From NCBI GenBank assembly GCA_035548655.1, contig DASZSN010000028.1:1-46138 (forward strand): 46,138 nt of DNA, written 5' to 3'. Position numbers and translations under genes: made by a program. The notes below the pieces were generated by a model. The model saw only the letters and a list, made by a program, of their open reading frames with translations, made no database searches and had not been told where the DNA came from. Source of the DNA: Minisyncoccota bacterium (GTDB taxonomy: Bacteria; Patescibacteriota; Minisyncoccia; Phycocordibacterales; UBA9973). Positions 43,154-46,138 of the stretch are shown here, piece after piece (within the stretch, counting starts at the first letter, position 1; every line of letters begins with the position of its first letter).

Positions 43154-45301
43154 ATGGCAAAAAAGAGATTGCAGAAGAAGAAAAGCGCTGGCCGTACCGT
43201 GTGGGGGCTCATTCTTTTGCTTATCGGACTTGTCACCCTTGCAGGCATGCTCGGAGGAGCCGGTGCAGGTGGGAGTATCTTTGCAGGAATCGCCAATTGG
43301 CTCTTTGGTATCGGCGCAATCATCGTGCCGGCAACCCTCGTAACATACGGTATTTTGATTCTTCGAAGGAGAACACTCGGAGCGACTCGCCGGCAATGGA
43401 TAAGTGGCTCGATCGGCATTTTGGCTCTTCTTGGGCTTGTTTCGACGGGGACCAACTATCACGGCGGTATCATCGGTCGAGGCGTCGCATCTCCTCTTCT
43501 TTCGGCGTTTGATCGCCTCTTTGGGACGATTGTCCTTCTTTTCATCACCGTCGGCGCGCTCATCATCTTTTTTGATCGATCGCCAAATATTTTTACTTTT
43601 TTCGCGACTCTCTGGAGACGAATCGCTCACTTCTTTTCATCGTTTGGAAAAAGGAAAGACAACGAAGAGCTCGAGGACGAAGAGGTATTTACCGACTATC
43701 AAGAAGATGAGCAAGAGCCTCTCCCCGCTGTCTCTGGAAAAGAAAAAGAAGTCGTGGTCAACGACAGCACCGCAGGCGAGTTTTCGATCAGTGAACCGAA
43801 GCGACGCAAGCATATCGGCGACTATGTCCCTCCCCCACTGTCGCTTCTTGAAAGCGATCGAGGCAAGGCAAACGTCGGTGATGTGAAGGCGAACGCAAAT
43901 ATCATTCGCCGCACACTTGCAAACTTTGGTATCGAAGTGGAAATGGATGAAGTCACGATCGGACCGACGGTCACTCGCTACGCGCTCAAGCCGGCCGAAG
44001 GAATGAAACTCTCCCGCATCGTCGGACTGCAAAACGATCTCGCACTCGCGCTTGCCGCCCATCCGCTACGCATCGAAGCGCCGATCCCTGGCAAATCCCT
44101 CGTCGGTATCGAGATCCCGAACAAAACGAAAGCAACCGTCGGACTCGCCTCTCTCCTCTCCGATCAAAACTTTTCTCAAAATCCAAAGCCGCTTCTATGC
44201 GCGATCGGAAGAAACATCTCCGGAAAACCGGTCATCAAAAGTATCGCGAGCATGCCGCACCTCCTCATCGCTGGTACGACCGGTTCAGGAAAATCAGTCA
44301 CTATCCACGCTATCATCACGTCACTCCTCTATCACCACGGTCCTGACGACCTGCGATTTATTTTCGTCGACCCGAAACGCGTCGAGCTTCCCCTCTACAA
44401 CGGTATCCCTCACTTGCTCACTCCCGTAATCACTGATCCGAAAAAGACGATTCTCGCACTCAAATGGGCGGCAACGGAAATGAACCGCCGTTATGACATC
44501 CTCGAAGCAGAATCTACGCGCGATATCAGCTCCTATCACAAGAAACTCGAGAGTGGAAAAGTACGCAGTGCAAGTGACGAAGAACCGGATCGTATGCCCT
44601 ACATCGTTATCATCATCGACGAGCTTGCGGACATCATGCAGGCGTATCCACGCGAGCTTGAAAGTGCGATCGTGCGCCTCGCCCAGATGTCGCGTGCGGT
44701 AGGTATCCACCTCATTCTCTCCACTCAACGGCCGGAGGTGAACGTCATCACCGGACTCATCAAGGCGAACATCCCTGCTCGTGTCGCGCTACGTGTACCG
44801 ACGCAAATCGACTCTCGAACCATCCTGGATGCCGCCGGAGCAGAGAAACTCCTCGGCGCCGGGGACATGCTCGCCATTATTGGGGACAACCAGGCAGAGC
44901 GCCTCCAGAGCGCCTTTATCACTGAAGAAGAGGTCAAGAGCGTGGTAAAATACCTCAAGGACGAGTTCAAAGGCGACGAACGCGATACTATCGAGCTCGC
45001 GGGGTCTATTTCCTCGGAAAAGGCCATGTTTGGCGATGATCTCGATGGGGACGATGACGAACTCTACGAAGAGGCGCGTCAGATCGTAATCGAAGCCGGG
45101 AAAGCCTCCACCTCCTATATCCAGCGCAAGCTTAAAGTCGGCTACGCGCGCGCCGCGCGGCTCATGGACATGCTGGAAGAACGCGGAGTCATCGGAGGCG
45201 CCGACGGCGCAAAACCGCGCGAGGTGCTCGTCGAGGGAATAAAAAATCCCACAAGCGATGAGGTAGCAAACGATTTGGATCACCTACAAAACAATGATTG
45301 A
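43154..45301 (+). CDS. ftsK: DNA translocase FtsK/SpoIIIE
   Basis: N-terminal TM helices are followed by an acidic linker. The motor domain has Walker A (LIAGTTGSGKS) and Walker B (IVIIIDELADIM). The C-terminal gamma wHTH is ASTSYIQRKLKVGYARAARLMDMLEERGVIG. The preferred start is ATG 43154 (MAKKRLQKKK). The ORF is open from 43097. Confidence 0.93.
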   Translation: MAKKRLQKKKSAGRTVWGLILLLIGLVTLAGMLGGAGAGGSIFAGIANWLFGIGAIIVPATLVTYGILILRRRTLGATRRQWISGSIGILALLGLVSTGTNYHGGIIGRGVASPLLSAFDRLFGTIVLLFITVGALIIFFDRSPNIFTFFATLWRRIAHFFSSFGKRKDNEELEDEEVFTDYQEDEQEPLPAVSGKEKEVVVNDSTAGEFSISEPKRRKHIGDYVPPPLSLLESDRGKANVGDVKANANIIRRTLANFGIEVEMDEVTIGPTVTRYALKPAEGMKLSRIVGLQNDLALALAAHPLRIEAPIPGKSLVGIEIPNKTKATVGLASLLSDQNFSQNPKPLLCAIGRNISGKPVIKSIASMPHLLIAGTTGSGKSVTIHAIITSLLYHHGPDDLRFIFVDPKRVELPLYNGIPHLLTPVITDPKKTILALKWAATEMNRRYDILEAESTRDISSYHKKLESGKVRSASDEEPDRMPYIVIIIDELADIMQAYPRELESAIVRLAQMSRAVGIHLILSTQRPEVNVITGLIKANIPARVALRVPTQIDSRTILDAAGAEKLLGAGDMLAIIGDNQAERLQSAFITEEEVKSVVKYLKDEFKGDERDTIELAGSISSEKAMFGDDLDGDDDELYEEARQIVIEAGKASTSYIQRKLKVGYARAARLMDMLEERGVIGGADGAKPREVLVEGIKNPTSDEVANDLDHLQNND

Positions 45302-45373
45302 TGCCACAATGAGCATAAAAACTTTTTCCAACAGATCATCACGAACAGTTTTGTACGTAATGGAACCATAACC

Positions 45374-45781
45374 ATGCCATACACATTCAAGAAAAGAACA
45401 CTGTCATCTGCCGCACTCCTTCTCGGAGTGATTGCGTGTGCGGCGATTGCACTGGTGTTTACGAACATGAAAGACGCGATTTTTGGCACACCGTTTTCGG
45501 TAAACACCGCAAAAGATGGCGCGACGGTGCAGGCGGCATTTTTGCCGGTAAGCGGCAATGCCGGACGCGCGCGTGACGTATTTATCAACGGACGACCGGT
45601 GGCACTCGACCGAGAAGGAAACTTTGCCGATGCGGTACTCCTCTCTCCCGGTTACAACACGGTTGCCGTATCGCTTCGTGATCAGTTCGGCAAAGAAAAG
45701 ACTCGTCTCTATCATCTGGTGCTCGAAGGAGAATCCGCGGGAGCGATTGCTCAGACACCGAACGCCACTTATCAACAATAA
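45374..45781 (+). CDS. Membrane-anchored hypothetical protein with a small Ig-like/beta-sandwich domain
   Basis: An N-terminal TM helix ([16 protein letters not shown]) is followed by ...[50 protein letters not shown], a pattern seen in Ig-like domains. Confidence 0.6.
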   Translation: MPYTFKKRTLSSAALLLGVIACAAIALVFTNMKDAIFGTPFSVNTAKDGATVQAAFLPVSGNAGRARDVFINGRPVALDREGNFADAVLLSPGYNTVAVSLRDQFGKEKTRLYHLVLEGESAGAIAQTPNATYQQ

Positions 45782-45792
45782 TTTTAATTTGT

Positions 45793-46138
45793 ATGCCAAA
45801 AAAACCGGCGAAAGCACCGAAAGAAAACAACAGTTCCATCGATGAAACGATAAAATCCATTCAGACAAAATTTGGCGAGGGCGCCATCATGAAGCTCGGC
45901 GAAGCGCCGAAAGTGGGCGTGAGCGCCATCCCGACCGGTTCTATCGGGCTTGATATTGCACTTGGTATCGGTGGACTTCCTCGCGGACGTATTATCGAGA
46001 TCTTTGGACCCGAGTCTTCCGGAAAAACGACACTCGCTCTCCATGTCGTCGCCGAAGCGCAAAAAACGGGCGGCATTTGTGCCTACATCGACGCCGAGCA
46101 CGCGATGGATCCTGAATATGCGGGGAAAATCGGCGTTA
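45793..46138 (+). CDS. recA: Recombinase RecA, 3' end outside the window
   Basis: This ORF is not in the track because no stop occurs before the window end. The hand translation is [37 protein letters not shown]...[70 protein letters not shown], with Walker A at GPESSGKT. Confidence 0.93.
   Translation, partial: MPKKPAKAPKENNSSIDETIKSIQTKFGEGAIMKLGEAPKVGVSAIPTGSIGLDIALGIGGLPRGRIIEIFGPESSGKTTLALHVVAEAQKTGGICAYIDAEHAMDPEYAGKIGV

Noticed and set aside
43028-43630. 200-aa ORF on the minus strand opposite the 5' part of ftsK
   Set aside because: It is antisense to the well-supported FtsK N-terminal TM region. The product is a charged, Cys-rich low-complexity peptide typical of antisense frames.

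Overview
This 46-kb segment looks like the chromosome of a small-genome bacterium with a Gram-positive-type envelope. It most plausibly belongs to a Patescibacteria/CPR (Parcubacteria-like) lineage. That is an inference from four things: an intron-laden 23S rRNA gene, a 23S-5S unit with its own promoter and no 16S, almost no Shine-Dalgarno sequences, and several huge peptidoglycan-anchored surface proteins.

Gene content in order:
- 3-3396: a 5'-partial Ig-repeat wall protein, a SWIB-domain protein, and a metzincin lipoprotein.
- 3873-3959: tRNA-Ser(GGA).
- 4118-8020: a minus-strand housekeeping and envelope block (AlkA-like glycosylase, HtpX, Nudix, LemA, CAP-domain protein).
- 8119-13041: a surface protein of about 1640 aa.
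- 13266-18049: SecF, SecD, PAP2 phosphatase, a SEDS protein and a hypothetical protein.
- 18111-23346: 5S rRNA and a 5.1-kb 23S rRNA gene. The 23S gene is split by two group I introns, one carrying a LAGLIDADG ORF and one carrying an unrecognisable ORF, and it also has at least five helix insertions.
- 23764-27639: rplJ-rplL plus membrane and secreted hypotheticals.
- 27682-41849: a 12-kb glycan-assembly locus (phosphoglycosyl transferase, GT9-like, GT2 x2, GT4 x2, Wzx flippase, methyltransferase, O-antigen-ligase/TPR protein, two unknowns) next to a Ser/Thr-rich wall-bound protein.
- 42332-46138: an HTH protein, FtsK, a small Ig-like protein and the 5' part of recA.

I found no CRISPR array, transposase, integrase or reverse transcriptase.

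The best candidates for something new are:
1. A family of AAGTT-unit RNA modules shared, with 21-nt exact identity, between an rRNA intron and the rplJ 5' leader. A 13-nt core of the same unit also recurs in a 23S helix insertion.
2. The non-endonuclease ORF in the intron at the E. coli-equivalent position ~2593.
3. Twin hairpin elements inserted at two unrelated 23S sites.
4. A consensus promoter followed by an attenuator-like switch upstream of the 23S gene.
5. The glycan locus with its candidate glycoprotein.

All homology calls rest on motif recognition by eye. No database search was run.
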